From assembly GCA_045646345.1 (NCBI GenBank), contig JAZRKN010000002.1:1-60531 (forward strand): DNA of 60,531 bases, in the 5' to 3' direction. Positions 59,485 through 60,531 of this stretch are shown piece after piece. A program made the translations under genes and the position numbers. The DNA comes from Candidatus Scatovivens sp. (GTDB taxonomy: Bacteria > Bacillota > Clostridia > TANB77 > CAG-508). Position 1 is the stretch's first letter, and every line of letters starts with the position of its first letter. Under the pieces are notes generated by a model. It was not told the DNA's origin. It saw only the letters and a program-made list of their open reading frames with translations, and searched no databases.

Positions 59485-60195
59485 CTATAATATCTTCATT
59501 AAATCCTTTAATTTTCTAATTTCGTACGTTACATTATATTTTGTATTAACTTCATGATTATAATTACACCAGCATGTATCTAATCCATGTTCAATTCCAC
59601 CTTTAATATCAGTTTCTAAATTATCTCCTATAAATAAAATCTCATTAGATGGAATAACATCAGCTTTTTCAAAAAGTTTTTCATAGAATTTATTATGTGG
59701 TTTCATTTGTCCAGCTTCCTCTGATGAAAAAATAATATCTACAAAATCTATAATTTTTATTTTTTTTAATTTTTCTTTCAAAGGAATTAATGGTCCATTT
59801 GTTGCAATTACAATTTTATATTTTTTATCATACAAATATTTTAATACTTCCTCTGTATCTGGCCTTGCAATAACCTTCTCTTTCATACCTTCAATATATA
59901 TATCATTTAATCTTACTGCTTCATCGTAAGTTATATTATCTTCCCCATAATATTTTAAAATTCTATTTGCTCTTAACCATTCTTTTTTTTTCTCATCATC
60001 ATCTTCATATGGAGTTATTAATTTTCCTGCTGCACGATCAGCCCAAGTTTTATTATCTATTTCTTTAAATCTTAAATAATCATTTTCATAATAAGTTTCA
60101 TTTCTTGAAGCAATCATTATCTTAAATGCTTCTTTACAATTTTCAAAATCATCAGTTAAAGTATCATCTAAATCAAATATTAAAGTAGTATACAT
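59485..60195 (-). CDS. HAD-family (YjjG-like) nucleotidase
   Basis: FDLDDTL, ATNG, KP, IGDNLETDI.GG. Confidence 0.9.
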   Translation of the reverse strand: MYTTLIFDLDDTLTDDFENCKEAFKIMIASRNETYYENDYLRFKEIDNKTWADRAAGKLITPYEDDDEKKKEWLRANRILKYYGEDNITYDEAVRLNDIYIEGMKEKVIARPDTEEVLKYLYDKKYKIVIATNGPLIPLKEKLKKIKIIDFVDIIFSSEEAGQMKPHNKFYEKLFEKADVIPSNEILFIGDNLETDIKGGIEHGLDTCWCNYNHEVNTKYNVTYEIRKLKDLMKIL

Positions 60196-60277
60196 TTAAA
60201 GTTTCCTTTCTATAATTAACTTCTAAGTATAAACAATATATCGTATATTGTTTATATTTTCAATATTATATAAAAGT

Positions 60278-60306
60278 AAAAAAAGAGATACTAAGAGTAT
60301 CTCTTT
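60278..60306 (-). terminator. Terminator downstream of 5S rRNA
   Basis: AAAGAGATAC-TCTTA-GTATCTCTTT followed by T tract on minus strand. Confidence 0.8.
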
Positions 60307-60383
60307 GGGCCTTTTCTCAGATTTGCACTGAAAACTTTATTTAATTATAAAGTACTCTTTCTTACTTTAAGAGTAAAAAAGGC
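60306..60383 (-). ncRNA. tRNA-like cloverleaf element (degenerate/pseudo-tRNA)
   Basis: 7-bp acceptor GCCTTTT/AAAAGGC+CCA, D stem ACTC/GAGT, CTTTA/TAAAG stem, T arm TTCAG-TGCAAAT-CTGAG. Confidence 0.55.
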
Positions 60384-60394
60384 ATAAAAAAAAA

Positions 60395-60510
60395 ACTGGC
60401 GACTTCCTATTTTCCCAACAAGGTAACTCGTAAGTATCTTCGGCACTAAGGAGCTTGACTTCTGTGTTCGGCATGGGAACAGGTATTTCCTCCTCGTTAT
60501 TATCACCAGA
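60395..60510 (-). rRNA. rrf: 5S ribosomal RNA
   Basis: Minus strand CTGGTG...ACCTGTTCCCATGCCGAACACAGAAGTCAAGC...GCCGA...GGGAAAATAGG...CGCCAG. Confidence 0.96.
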
Positions 60511-60531
60511 AATTTTTGTATACTATTTTTC

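Noticed and set aside
60306-60383. Functional tRNA or ochre/frameshift suppressor
   Set aside because: Lacks invariant D- and T-loop bases, U33 context and a discriminator; the 8-nt loop gives no defensible anticodon
1-60531. CRISPR array, prophage or IS element
   Set aside because: No regularly spaced repeats, structural phage genes, integrase or transposase motifs found

Overview
Very AT-rich chromosomal segment of a spore-forming Clostridia-like (Bacillota) bacterium; nearly all genes lie on the minus strand and the window ends in a 5S rRNA gene. The backbone is housekeeping (dtd, gpsA-plsY-der, rpmF, rlmD, rnr, secG, feoAB, cotJABC, cysK, tcdA/ttcA-like/mnmA, pyk) plus a long run of nucleotide hydrolases and GNATs. 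Six stand-alone genes, mostly of visibly higher GC, are scattered through it, each with its own consensus sigma-A promoter and RBS and usually a hairpin, but with no mobility gene. Most notable observations: (1) a soluble chimeric protease fusing a ClpA/C-type N-domain and AAA+ D1 module to an FtsH-type M41 zinc peptidase (50088-52103); (2) an adenosine deaminase with a C-terminal SLOG-like domain; (3) a Cys4 leader-peptide attenuator in front of cysK; (4) a tRNA-shaped but sequence-degenerate element behind the 5S rRNA; (5) an unassigned structured attenuator leader upstream of a methyltransferase-GNAT pair; (6) a divergent protein-kinase-like ORF. No CRISPR array, integrase or transposase was seen. 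All assignments are from motif reading by eye; no searches were run.
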